Positions 40,311 through 54,533 are shown, numbered from the stretch's first letter. The stretch is DNA of 64,000 nt from Octopus vulgaris (GCA_951406725.2 OX597822.1:17980001-18044000), one strand, 5' to 3'. Numbers and translations: made by a program. Notes: a model not told the origin generated them from the sequence alone.

Positions 40311-41315
40311 TAAATAATTTTGGATAAAATCTGATCAAGCATTCCTGTCATCAAAGACTTTCCAACCATGACCATACCACTTGTACTTTTCCTCCTGTGC
40401 ATGTAACCTTTAACAGCATTATCCACAATGTCCTTCTCTGAGATAGTAATGAGGGATTTGAGGGAGAGTCCACTGTTGTTTCTTAATAAATTGAGTGTCC
40501 ATATAAAAAAAGTTCTGAGGTGAATGGCATGGGATTGGGGGTGGGATAAGATTTGGAGAGGAAAGTTAACTACTGTGTTTTTTTTTTTGTTTGGAGGAAG
40601 GGATTTATCCACATGACCTTTACAGACCCTATGAAACTTGTGAGACCAACTGGGGGTCTTATTGAACTTAACATTTTACTGCTTTACATTATTTGTTACT
40701 ATATTTCTATTGAAATATGTTTTTTTTTATTTTAATTAATGCTCAAAATAATAATGTATAATTTTCTCAAGTAACACTATGTTGGTGTTTGGAACATGAA
40801 ATAGTGATGAGGGATTATAATTAAAACAGGGATTTTGTTGTCATAGAAACAGGGGCTGTTTCAGGCAGATTTGGCATCAAAGGGGTTAAATATATAACTC
40901 TTTTGTGGATTTGATTTATTTAAGTTTTTAAACATCAACAAATGTTGAATTTGGTTTATTGAGAGATTCTAGCATGACTGCATCAGAAATACAGGAAAGG
41001 CCTTGTTGGGAAGGTTAAAATAAAGGTTGTATTTTGCTGCTTAATCAGAGAGGGAATAGTATCACCTTTCAGAAGGTACCCTCAAAGAAAAGAGCTGAAT
41101 GTAGCCTAACATCAGGTAAAGATGTTGGACCTGAATGATGAATTAAATCTACCAATCAAAAATTCAGAATATAAAGAACAGCAGCCAAAGTCAGCAGGAA
41201 TCTCGTCTGATATTCCAACAATTCCACCAAACCAACCTTGTGGATTTAATTTTATCAACTCAGGAAGTGAAACATGGTGAGATTTAAACTGAGATCTTCT
41301 AAACCTTGAACAGAA

Positions 41316-42392
41316 TGATGATGACAGCAATGAGGGATGATGATGGCAGTGAGGGATGATGATGGCAGTGAGGGATGATGATGGCAATGAGGGATGATGA
41401 CAGCAATGAGGGATGATGACGGGAATGAGGGATGATGACGGCAGTGAGAGATGATGACGGCAATGAGGGATGATGACAGCAGTGAGGGATAATGACGGCA
41501 ATGAGGGATGATGACGGCAATGAGGGATGATAACGGCAATGAGGGATGATGATGGCAGTGAGGGATGATGACGGCAGTGAGAGATGATGACGGCAATGAG
41601 GGATGATGACGGCAGTGGGGGATGATGATGGCAATGAGGGATGATGACGGCAGTGGGGGATGATGATGGCAATGAGGGATGATGACAGCAATGAGAGATG
41701 ATGACGGGAATGAGGGATGATGACGGCAGTGAGAGATGATGATGGCAATGAGGGATGATGACAGCAATGAGGGATGATGACGGCAGTGAGGGAAGATGAT
41801 GGCAGTGAGGGATGATGACGGCAATGAGGGATGATGACAGCCAGTAAGGGATGATGACGGCAGTGAGGGATGATGACAGCAATGAGGGATGATGACGGCA
41901 ATGAGGGATGATGATGGTAATGAGGGATGATGACGGCAGTGAGGGATGATGACGGCAGTGAGGGAAGATGATGGCAGTGAGGGATGATGACGGCAATGAA
42001 GGATGATGACGGCAATGAGGGATGATGACGGCAATGAGGGATGATGACGGCAATGAGGGATGATGACGGCAGTGAGGGATGATGACGGCAGTGAGGGATG
42101 ATGACGGCAGTGAGGGATGATGACGGCAGTGAGGGATGATGACGGCAATGAGGGATGATGACGGCAGTGAGGGATGATGATGGCAGTGAGGGATGATGAC
42201 GGCAGTGAGGGATGATGACGGCAATGAGGGATGATGACGGCAGTGAGGGAAGATGACGGCAATGAAGGATGATGACGGCAATGAGGGATGATGACGGCAG
42301 TGAGTGATGATGACGGCATTGAGGGATGATGACGGCAATGAGGGATGATGACGGCAGTGAGGGATGATGTCGGCAATGATGGATGATGATAG
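41316..42392. repeat. 19-bp minisatellite (gggatgatgacggcagtga)n, about 56 copies
   Basis: Directly visible tandem unit; produces 19-aa periodic ORFs in all three minus frames. Confidence 0.95.
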
Positions 42393-43921
42393 TAACATTT
42401 TAGCTTTAGCACATGGTCATATTTTAAAGAAAGAGGTTATAGTTCTTTGATCAAACCTCAATATATAACTAGTTTCTAATTTGGCCATGGGTAAAAGAGC
42501 TGAATTGTAGGGATTAGGTAAGGGCCTGAATGAGCAACAGATTGTCTGAGGAAGAGTTTTGACAATTTCAGTTGCTGTCAGAAATGTTGAATGTATCACT
42601 CCAGACTTTGTCCTTCACCTATTTTAATATTTTCAGTGTATTTAAACATGTTTAGATTTCAACACAGAATATAAAGAGACAAAGCAATATAACATGAAAC
42701 ATTTAGCAAGGTGCCCTAACACTTCTGCCATTGTATGGGGTGGAAGCAGGGCTTGGAGTGGGGCTTGAAACAACTATCAGTGTGTGGTTATGTGTGTGTG
42801 CAGGGGAGGGGGTAAAAGTGAATGCGTGTGTGACTATGTGGCATATCAGTGAGCTGGATATGAGGTGTGGGTAGTGTATATATATATATGAGTGTGTGTT
42901 TTGTGTATATATGAGTATGTTTCTGTACAAGTCTATGTGTGTGTTGTGTGTGTGAGAGAAAGGAAGAGATCCATTTGTTTCAACTGCAGCACCAATGAAG
43001 CTCTCCCTTTAGTTAACCCAGCATTTGTTGTGCTCCTCTTTAGCTTGTCCTCATTGTTCGCCTCAAGTGATTGTCCTTTGTCAGTCAGCAGCCAGAATAT
43101 GTTGGTTCATTCCTGTTTGATTAAAACACTTCCAACCAAACCAGGCACGGTGGGGAAAAGCAATCATCTGATGGATGGTGATCAATGAATCTGATGACAT
43201 TATTGATTTCTCTTCATTTTGCTCCATTGTTTCCATTGACAACCATCTGTGGACACACGCATGGATGTGTGTGTGTGTGTGTGATGAAGAGTTAGTGTCA
43301 GTGGCCAGTGTGGTTCCTGGTTTGGTCACTCTAAAATTTAACTTGAGCAAATGCATCGTTAACATCTAATCAGCTTAATTAGTGGGAGCAATTTTGGAGA
43401 TCAAAACTTTATGGTAGTCCTGAATCATTATAAATATAATCCTTGTTGTTTAACATCAACTTTTCCGTTCTTGTTTCGCTCAGACTGAATTCATTGAGGT
43501 AGATTTTCATGGATAATTGGCAAGAAATGCTATTGTTTGTAGGATGGTGAAATTCAATTCCATCTGTCTCATGGGGTCAAGCTGTCAAGATAAGGACACA
43601 CACACACACAAATGGCACTTTGTCAGCTATGATGATGGGGGTTCAACAGAAGAGCCAGCTCATTAAATTAACGTGCATGTGGCTGAGTACTCCACAGAGA
43701 CAAATGTACCCTTACTGTGATTCTCAGGGAGATTTAGTGTGACACAGAATGTGATAAGGCTGGCCCCTTTGGGATTATAGGTACAGCTCATTGTTGCCAG
43801 CTGAGTGGTCTGGAACAACATGGAGTAAAGTGTCTTGTTCAAGTTCACAACCTGCTGCTGAGAATCGATCTCATGACCTTATGCTTGTGAGCTGAATACT
43901 CTAACCACCAACACTTGCACC

Positions 43922-43970
<49 letters not shown>

Positions 43971-44203
43971 CACACACAATCACACAAACAGTTTTATGTC
44001 TATCAAATCTGCTTACATGCTTTTGGTTGGCCCAGGGCTATACTACAAAACTATAGACTGATGATTATTCCAGTTTCTATGGCATTTAAGAGACTGAGAG
44101 TGCAAGACCTCAGCTGCTAACATAATATTACCATTTAGAGAGAGAAAGTAAGACCAGCATTTGACTATATGTCTGTCTATCTTTCTATCTTTGGCAATAT
44201 ACA

Positions 44204-44245
<42 letters not shown>

Positions 44246-44339
44246 GATGGGCTTCTTTTAGTTTCTGTCTACCAAATCCACTCACAAGGCTTTGGTTGGC
44301 CCGAGACTATAGTAGACACACACATTACAGACACATAAA

Positions 44340-44371
44340 TATATACATACAAACATATATATATATGTATA

Positions 44372-44449
<78 letters not shown>

Positions 44450-44783
44450 TATACACATACAGACACATAAATATATACATGCAAACATATACATACATAT
44501 ATATACATATACATATATATATATATATATATACATACATACATATGTATATATACATACATGCATACATATATATATATGTGTATATATATATGTATGT
44601 ATGTATATATATATATATATATATATACATACATACATATGTATATATACATACATGCATACATATATATATATGTGTATATATATATGTATGTATGTAT
44701 ATATATATATATATATATATACATACATATATTTATACACACATATATATATATATGTGTATATATATATGTATGTATGTATG

Positions 44784-44816
<33 letters not shown>

Positions 44817-44865
44817 GTATGTATATATATATATATGTATGTATATATATATATATATATATATA
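44340..44865. repeat. (TA)n/(TACA)n compound microsatellite
   Basis: Direct inspection. Confidence 0.95.
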
Positions 44866-44983
44866 TGTTATATTTCGGAATGGTCATATTGCCAGTTTAG
44901 CCAATAAAAACACACGCACTATATATTTGGTGTTATTTTGCTTCAGTGATATTTATTTTTTACATTAATCTTAATCTTATTTC

Positions 44984-45028
44984 GGCCAAAGTTCTTTCGT
45001 CACACTCCTGTGACCGCATCAGTGGTCC
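44984..45028 (-). ncRNA. Hammerhead-like motif, left-arm copy
   Basis: Reverse complement of 47121-47165. Confidence 0.5.
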
Positions 45029-45552
45029 TTTGTTTTCTTCTCACTTACTTGTGTCTCTCCTTACTAACCGTCAGCCATTTTGTATTTCTATTGTATGTCT
45101 TCATTTGCGCATGCTTATATCTCTATGTGCGTCTATGTTTATTTAGTGTGTGGGGGGGATGCCTGTAATATTTGTATCTTCTGGTTATATACATTCTTGT
45201 AATTTGTATTTTGTTTTTGTTGTTGTTGCTTTTGTTCTAATTTTATTCATGTGTTTACATCCACCCATTATTATCATTACATATGCTTGTATGTATGTAT
45301 AACAACAATATTAGTAATAATAATAATAAATCTAATCGAGAAAAAAAAAAAAAAAAAAAAAGAATATACATATACATATATATATATATACATACATATA
45401 CATATACATATATATATATATATATATACATATATACACACATATATACACATATACATATACATATATATACACATATACATACATATAGATATTCATT
45501 TCTATTTCTTTAATTACCTGTGTATTTATTATGTTTGCAGGATCCACTATTG

Positions 45553-46068
45553 TCATATGTTGTGGTGTGCGCTATTGCTCCATTCTAGTTTTCTATTCAG
45601 GCTAGGTTTATTTTCTATTATATGTGTAGCTTCTGTAATTTGTCTAATTGTTGCATCTGTTCTATGTGTGGACAATATCTTAATCTCTATGTTATTGATT
45701 GATCCCCCGTGTTCTTGTTCGGCGTGTTGGTACAGAATCGATGAGCTTTTACCTTCCTTGAGTTGTCTCCAATGTTCATTCACCCGCTCACCAATGCTTC
45801 TTGCAGTTTCCCTACGTATGTTACTGTCTTGTTACTGCATCGTCCCTCTATACATCTTATACTATAGACCACATTTCTGGCTTTACAGTTCGTTTGTGGG
45901 CTAAATCTACATACAGTGCAATAGTTATCCGTACAGAGAGTTCTACTAAAAGGATAGATTCTACCAATTATAGATCTGATAGGGTTGCCTGGCTTTTCAA
46001 CAACCTTAATTCTTAGTTTAAGTTTATCTAGGGTCCTTCTAAAGCGGTACGCTAGTTCACCTCCAGGG
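45553..46068 (-). pseudogene. GIY-YIG endonuclease domain, left-arm copy
   Basis: Mirror of 46079-46593, including the same frameshift. Confidence 0.8.
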
Positions 46069-46078
46069 GTGGTGTCAC

Positions 46079-46593
46079 CCTGGAGGTGAACTAGCGTACC
46101 GCTTTAGAAGGACCCTAGATAAACTTAAACTAAGAATTAAGGTTGTTGAAAAGCCAGGCAACCCTATCAGATCTATAATTGGTAGAATCTATCCTTTTAG
46201 TAGAACTCTCTGTACGGATAACTATTGCACTGTATGTAGATTTAGCCCACAAACGAACTGTAAAGCCAGAAATGTGGTCTATAGTATAAGATGTATAGAG
46301 GGACGATGCAGTAACAAGACAGTAACATACGTAGGGAAACTGCAAGAAGCATTGGTGAGCGGGTGAATGAACATTGGAGACAACTCAAGGAAGGTAAAAG
46401 CTCATCGATTCTGTACCAACACGCCGAACAAGAACACGGGGGATCAATCAATAACATAGAGATTAAGATATTGTCCACACATAGAACAGATGCAACAATT
46501 AGACAAATTACAGAAGCTACACATATAATAGAAAATAAACCTAGCCTGAATAGAAAACTAGAATGGAGCAATAGCGCACACCACAACATATGA
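46079..46593 (+). pseudogene. PLE C-terminus: Cys-rich linker plus GIY-YIG endonuclease
   Basis: [36 protein letters not shown], then a 1-nt frameshift into [25 protein letters not shown]. Confidence 0.85.
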
Positions 46594-47120
46594 CAATAGT
46601 GGATCCTGCAAACATAATAAATACACAGGTAATTAAAGAAATAGAAATGAATATCTATATGTATGTATATGTGTATATATATGTATATGTATATGTGTAT
46701 ATATGTGTGTATATATGTATATATATATATATATATATATGTATATGTATATGTATGTATATATATATATATGTATATGTATATTCTTTTTTTTTTTTTT
46801 TTTTTTCTCGATTAGATTTATTATTATTATTACTAATATTGTTGTTATACATACATACAAGCATATGTAATGATAATAATGGGTGGATGTAAACACATGA
46901 ATAAAATTAGAACAAAAGCAACAACAACAAAAACAAAATACAAATTACAAGAATGTATATAACCAGAAGATACAAATATTACAGGCATCCCCCCCCCACA
47001 CACTAAATAAACATAGACGCACATAGAGATATAAGCATGCGCAAATGAAGACATACAATAGAAATACAAAATGGCTGACGGTTAGTAAGGAGAGACACAA
47101 GTAAGTGAGAAGAAAACAAA

Positions 47121-47165
47121 GGACCACTGATGCGGTCACAGGAGTGTGACGAAAGAACTTTGGCC
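47121..47165 (+). ncRNA. Minimal type-I hammerhead ribozyme-like motif (A9C variant) in PLE 3' region
   Basis: ggacca-CTGATGC-G-GTCACA(ggag)TGTGAC-GAAA-G(aa)C-T-T-tggcc; perfect 6-bp stem II. Confidence 0.55.
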
Positions 47166-47340
47166 GAAATAAGATTAAGATTAATGTAAAAAATAAATAT
47201 CACTGAAGCAAAATAACACCAAATATATAGTGCGTGTGTTTTTATTGGCTAAACTGGCAATATGACCATTCCGAAATATAACAATATCTGTTTCAACACA
47301 CGACTTCACATAAAAAATCTTGCACAACAAATATTTAAAC

Positions 47341-48030
<690 letters not shown>

Positions 48031-48099
48031 GTGTGTGTGTTTGCCCAGTCACCATCGCTTGTATAACTGATGGTGTTACAGAAGCTTGTCTTTTTATCT

Positions 48100-48435
48100 T
48101 TAATTTATTTGAATCATTGGAGTGTGGTCATGCTGGAGCACCACCTTGAAGGGTTACTTGAACACATCAATTTTTAAAGTTTGGTACGTATTGTAGCTTT
48201 TTGGGGGCTGAACTGTTAAATTACAGGGATGCTAATAAACCAACACCAGATATCAGGAGGTTGTAGAGGAGCACACACGCATGCACACACACATATAATG
48301 AGCTTCCCCATAATTTCTGTCTGCCAAATTCAGTCACATGACATTGGCCTACTTGGAAGACACTTGCCCAATGTGCCATGCAGTGGGACTGAACCCAGAA
48401 CCATGTTGTTAGCAAAGCAAACTTCTTAACCACCC
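48100..48435 (-). mobile_element. tRNA-headed SINE
   Basis: ggttaagaagtttgct..gggttcagtcccact head on minus; caaggtggtgctccagcatgacc tail. Confidence 0.65.
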
Positions 48436-48663
48436 AGCCACAAAACAATAATAATAATAACTGTTTCTGATTTTGGCCCAAAACCAGCAATTTAGAGATT
48501 AGTTGATTCAATTGAGCCTGGTGGTTTGTCACCCTTGAAGAGAGGAAAAGCAATGTTTGTTTACCTTAGCAGGATTTGAAACCAAGACATAGAAAATACT
48601 AGCATAACATGTTGTCTGCAGTCCAGATGATCCTGCCAGTTCCTTGCCCTAAATATTTTCTTC

Positions 48664-48814
48664 TACAGTTTTATATTTAAGCAATGAGGAATTATGTACA
48701 TTATTTACATTATGTACATTTGACGGATGGAGGGTTTATCACCCGAAATATTGTGTTAACAACAAGCAAGATGAGGACAAATATATGTCAAATGTAAATA
48801 ATGTAAATAATGTA
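48664..48814. mobile_element. Truncated fold-back copy of the 37693-38100 family
   Basis: Same tacagtt..atgaggaattatgtacattatttac arm inverted against ggagggtttatcacccgaaatattgtgttaacaacaa..tgtaaataatgta. Confidence 0.75.
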
Positions 48815-49539
48815 TTCACTTCTAATGCAGACACACGGCCTGCTGTTTTGAGGGGAGGGGCTTCATTGATTGCATCAACTCCTTCTAATACTTGATATAT
48901 TTTATTAACCCTGAAAGGATGAAAAGCCAAATTGGCCTCGGCAGGATTTGAACCCAGACTGCCTACAGCTGGAAGAAATCCTGCAAAACATTTTGTCCAA
49001 TCCTCTAACAATTCTACCATTGTACCATCCCCATAATAGTAATTATTATAATGCTGCTGTTACTGTTGTTGATGATGATGTGTAATATAATCTCAAGCAC
49101 AGTATTTTTGATTGGAGATGGTGGGTGTGGGGTCAGTCAAGTACATCACTGTCTGTACTTGACTTGGTACTTCATTTTATTTATCTGTGAGGGCTGAGAA
49201 GTAAAGTTGACTTCAGCAGGATTAAACTGCGAGCATTGAACCATTTTGTCTGATTGTGCTTAAGGATGCTGACAATACATCATCCTATCATAATAATGAT
49301 GATGATGATGATGATGATAATGATGATAATAATGATAAAAGGAGCAGGACTTTAGAATTGACTTAATAAAACAAATGAATGTGTGGAAAAGGGGATGAAA
49401 GTATTAAATATCTTCTGAGTGAGTTCACGAAAGGAATATAAATGCTGGTTTGACTGTGTCGGATCAAGAGAGCAATGGACTGTTATCCGTATTTGTGGAT
49501 TTGAAGTGATGAAAAAGCAGCATAAAATAAGAATGAAAG

Positions 49540-49880
49540 GTCGAGATGGTAAATGGTAATTACAGGATTTGATGGGATTTCTCCTTTGAGACTGATCGTA
49601 TGATTAAAGTGAGAAGATCAACTACTATTAGTGGTTGAGGATAGAATGAAGAAAGGATGAGAGATGCTGGACCTTGGGATACCATATTATAATAGAGCAG
49701 ATATCAAGGAAACTGGGAAAATTGAGAAATATTCAAAACTTAGCCAAGAGATATGGAGAGATTGTGGAGCACAAGAGGGAAATTGTTCCTGTAATAACTT
49801 GTGCATTTGGTACAATTCTGAAATTGCTACTGTGGAGGCTGATTCTGCAAGAATCCTGAGAAAATTTCTTGAGATTTGAG
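49540..49880 (+). mobile_element. R4/Dong-like non-LTR retrotransposon RLE fragment
   Basis: LDLGIPYYNRADIKETGKIEKYSKLSQEIW and IVPVITCAFGTI resemble the RLE domain. Confidence 0.6.
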
Positions 49881-50698
49881 AATTGTTGTCCTAAAATTCC
49901 AGGATAAATTTACTAACGCAGTAAGCATGTAAAAGCTTGTGTATTACAAAAACAAACACAATAATAAATAACTAAATAAATAAGAATAATGTTAATAGCA
50001 GTAATGTTGTTAATGATGATGATGATGATGATGCACTGATGCACACAATATCAATGATGAGAAATTCTATATGTCATTTACTTGGTGCACTGCTTGACCA
50101 CCTGGTGTTGAGGCAGGATGGAGAGATGGTGGTGATGGTGGAAACAGTGAAGTGGGAGGGTGGGTGAGTCATTAGTCAGGTACTCAATAATTGCGTACAT
50201 ATTGCACTTGCTGTAACTGTGACAACTGCGTAATGGACCATTGTACTTGCTTGTGAAGCATGAATGAGTGATTTTCTTTTTTTTTTTTTTTTTGAAGCTT
50301 CGTACGTGTTTCCATGTGTCTCATAAACCAACAATACAATGTTTGTACAGAAAATCAGCTGATGTGATTTCAAATCAGATAGCTTCCAACTGTAGCCCAA
50401 TAGATTGGTAACGAGGGATCTCTTCTTGCTTCTGTTATCAGATTTGCAGGTTATTTTTCTATTCTTTTATGGGTTTCATTTACTTCACTGTGACCATACT
50501 GGAGCACTGACATGAATTTTTTACTTAATTATATTGACCCCAGCATTTATTTATGTCTGGTACTAATTTATTGAGCTATAGCTATTGAACACCTAAGATT
50601 TACACTTTTCATACAAAAGACGGGTCTAGATAATTCAATACATCAATTACACCACACACAAGCACACATATATTATGATATGCATATATATATATATG

Positions 50699-50732
<34 letters not shown>

Positions 50733-52699
50733 TATATACTTTAGTCAAAGGGGAAGGCAGTGACCATCACCCCTTATAAGGTCTCCGAGGCAGGTGGGAG
50801 AGACAGAAGAAGATATCCTCAAACCAGAATGTTGTTGTTCTAAGTGCTTGCAACAAAAGAGCTTTTGAGAAAAGCACTGAAGTCACCAGATGATGGTGCT
50901 ATGCTAGGCAGTGGATATGTGTGTGTACACACACATGCATATAAATGCATGTGTGTTTGTGTATTTGAATACACTCACACTCACACACACACACACATAC
51001 ACATGTATATAGGTGTCTATACATAAATATTCTTGGAAATAACCAGTTCACAAAAATATGGTGTGGCCATTTAGACTAAAGGACAAAGTTTTTGATGAAT
51101 CCTCAGGCAAAACAGAATGTGTGTGTGTATAAAATGGTAATATCAAGTTTACATTCCTTGTGATTGATACGTTCTTTTGCTCTGAAGTTTTGAAGTTCAG
51201 TGGAAAGAAAAGAATTTCTCAAGTGTAAAACAGGAGATGAGAAATGGAAAGACACTCATCTATTAAAATACTGCCTCAAATAGTTATCCTCCCAACCCAT
51301 GCCAGCATAAAAAGGCTGGTGTCAAATGAATATACGATGAACCTCTGCACAGTTTCTAGCTACTAAATTTTAGCTCACAAAATAACAGTCAACTTCAGGC
51401 TTCCATCGCAAATACTTCCCAAAGAGCCAAGGAACAGAATTTAATTCAAAGGACATTTCTTTGTTCAACAATAAACTTTAATAACTTTTGAAAGATCTGG
51501 TGATATCAAATGCTTCTTCTTCAAGCAGCTTTAGGGATATCTGTCCTTTTTAGCTTTGGTAGATTCTTAATTTTATGGTGACCTGCTGGTATCAGTGTCA
51601 TGTAGAGCGCACCAGTGCTGGTGCCACATGAAAAGCACTGGGAACACTCTGTAAAACAGTTGGCATTAGGAAGAGCATCCAGCCAAAGTGGACAATGGAA
51701 TTTGGTGCATCTCTCCATCTTGCTAGCTCCTGTCAAACCGTCCAACCCATGCCAGCATTGAAAGAAGCCGTTGAATGATGACAATGATGATGTGTATCTC
51801 TACCAATCACTTTGATGTAATAGAATGGTCTTTGTTCTCTGTTTGTAGAAGTCTCTAAAACACCTGATCTGACCTGATATTCGATGAGTTATTATAATGA
51901 CACATACAAAACACAAATTCCTACAAGTAAAATGGTTTTGTTTTTGTTCTGGAAGCCACACACCTGTACAGAATAAAGTCTAATGGTAAAAGCACACGAG
52001 AGCTGTAAACTCTTTGAATGCTGCAATTAAAAATGAGAAGAATTGCATCTTCACGGGATTCCAATACCATCTGTTATGGAACAACCAACAAATGAATTCA
52101 TTAATTATTTCTCGATGCTTTAAAGAGATTTTAATCCTTTTTTTTTTTTTTATTTTCATTTCTATTTCCACATATTTTAAAGATAATCTGTTTAAGAGTT
52201 TCACTTTTGAACTTTCATGGCGTCAACTTTCTAAGCATGGAAATTTTCATTGGTGCAGTTTTATGAACATCATTCCATCCTGTGATCATCCCATCTTTTT
52301 ATGGGCTTCTAAGGACTATGCTATCTAATGTGTCTTTTCCTTATCTAAAATGATAGCATGTGATTGTTGGGAGATTTAGTTGCTATTTCTAGAAGAGCCA
52401 GTTCCCTTATTTGCATGTTCCATCAGACACAATAGATATGGGCTGTTGTTGTTGTTCTTTTTTAACTCCAGGATGACGATGACTGAACAGACCTACAATC
52501 AACCTATCTTTTTTAAATCCATTTCTTTCCTTTGAAGCCTTAGTGTATCCAGGACTACATCATCTAATGTGTCCTTTCTTTTTATGATTGTTAACAAATT
52601 TTGCTGCTATTTCTAGGAGAATGAGTGACTATGTAGAGGGGGATTTACTGATTTGCCTATTCGTGGCAAGGTTTTTAAAGCTGGATGCCCTTCGAAGCA

Positions 52700-53900
52700 C
52701 CAACCACTTGACAGGTGGACTGGATGCTTTTAAGTGGCACCTACATTGACAAAAATTTTAAGATGGGAGGAGGCATTGGAGGAAGTGATGATGAAAAGGT
52801 TATAGTGAGACATATGTCTTGCTGTAGAGGAAGTACAAGGTTACCTGGCTGGAGAGAGAGAAAGATCAGGAATAAAGAGAGAAACAAGGGCGCTACCTCA
52901 AAGAAAATACATGGTTGCCCAACCAGAGGGAAGTGCAAGAGAAAGAAAGAGAAAGAGAGAGGGAGACCGCAGGATGGAGATGGTGGCAAAATGCCTGGCA
53001 TACTCACAAGGAACAGGGATGAGAGTACAGATGAGTTGGTTGAGTAAAGGAAGAGAGAGATATAGATAGTGGCAGTTGCCAGGGCATACCATTGAGGTTC
53101 AAATGCCATAATATAAGTGACAGAATATTGCAAAGGGAGTGTGATTAAAGAGTGCAAGTAAGTGGTGAAAGATCTGGGTATATAGAAAGTTGAAGAGGCT
53201 GATAGCAATGATACAGAGGAACAGGGGTGAGAGCTAGGCATAGTGAATGAATGAGGAAATGCAAGATGAGACGTAGATTGGCTTGTTGGGGTAGGGTGAG
53301 GGAAAAGTTTTCTTGCTACGTGTGGGTGGAACATCCAGGTCGGGGGTTAGCAGATAGCAATAATAGAGTGAGACAAGGCATGTCGGCAGAATGCAGAGGT
53401 CAGGGCCAAGCAGAGACCAATGATACAGTGCCACTGGGCCAAGAGGACAAGATTAGGAAGTGAAAGATAATTGTAGTACATGAAGCGGAAATGTGAGGAA
53501 GAGAAGAGATGTAAAGATGTAGTTTAGTTAGTTGTGGTAGAGTGTGAGAAACGTTTTCTTGTTAGGTGTGGGTGGGACACACAGCGCTTCTAGAACTCAG
53601 TTTTGCTGATGTGGGCAGGTCTTCTCAAGAACTTCATATTGCCAGACATCTTGCTCCATGATCATTTCCTCCATAAGGTCCATGTTCCTGATATCAGTCC
53701 TTACCACTTCATCCCACGTCTTCCTGGGTCTCCCCCTTCCACAGGCACCATCCACTTTCAGTGATTGGTACTCCTTTATGCACCTGTCCTCATTCATACG
53801 CATCACATGTCCAAACCAATGTACTCTTCTCTCTTGCATGCTACATTTGATTCTCCTTATGTCCAACTTTTCTCTCAATATACTTGCACTTTGCACTTTG
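52700..53900 (-). mobile_element. RTE-clade LINE 3' end with probable long 3' UTR
   Basis: 53597-53896 RVHWFGHVMRM..GRGRPRKTWDEVV; pyrimidine-rich downstream tract on minus. Confidence 0.7.
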
Positions 53901-53938
53901 TGTGCTTATATATGTATATGTGTGTATGTGTGTATATA

Positions 53939-53980
<42 letters not shown>

Positions 53981-53989
53981 CATATGCTT

Positions 53990-54522
53990 GAGAAGACCTG
54001 ACAAACCCAGTGAGAACGTAACTGTGGCTTGTGCCAGTGCAGCATAACTGGCCCATTTAAGAGTACACTTCAATCATTAGGCAATAAACTGCGCTTGTGA
54101 AGACCTGTTGAATCAAGTGAAGTTGTTGTTGTGGCCGATGACAGTACTGCCTGATTGGTACCTGTGCCGGTGACACATAAAAAGCACCATTTGAGCATGA
54201 TCATTGCCAGTGCCGCCTGACTGACTACCATGCCAGTGGCATGTAAAAAGCACCATTTGAGTGTGGTCAATGCCAGTGCCACGTGACTGGCTCCCATGCT
54301 GGTGGCACATAAAAGTACTGCCTGACTGGCCCTCATGCCAGTGGCACATAACAAGCACCCACTACACTCTTGGGATGGTTGGTGTTAAGAAGGGCATCCG
54401 GCTGTAGAAACCTTGCCAAATCAGATTGGAGCCTGGTGCAGCCTTCTGGCTTGGCAGACCTCAGTCAAGCCATCCAACCCATGCCAGCATGGAAAGCGGA
54501 TGTTAAACGACGATGATGATGA
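53990..54522 (+). mobile_element. SINE/RTE-related repeat with tandem units
   Basis: Tandem gtggcacataaaaagcacc units, gaagggcatcc, ccatgccagcatgg and (gat)n. Confidence 0.7.
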
Positions 54523-54533
54523 TATATATATAT

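Larger units (their letters stand above)
44866..47345. mobile_element. Penelope-like element 3' end as a 2.4-kb palindrome (GIY-YIG endonuclease, Naiad-like)
   Basis: Arms 44866-46068 and 46078-47283 around a 9-nt spacer; right arm continues ~60 bp unpaired; flanked by (TA)n on both sides. Confidence 0.85.

Noticed and set aside
41112-42412. 428-aa and 385-aa His/Cys/Ser repeat proteins
   Set aside because: Arise from a 19-bp minisatellite open in all frames; no codon-phase constraint
46585-46650. SECIS element after the PLE ORF (some Naiad elements encode selenoproteins)
   Set aside because: Conserved Cys codons are TGT/TGC with no in-frame TGA at those sites, and I see no convincing SECIS helix
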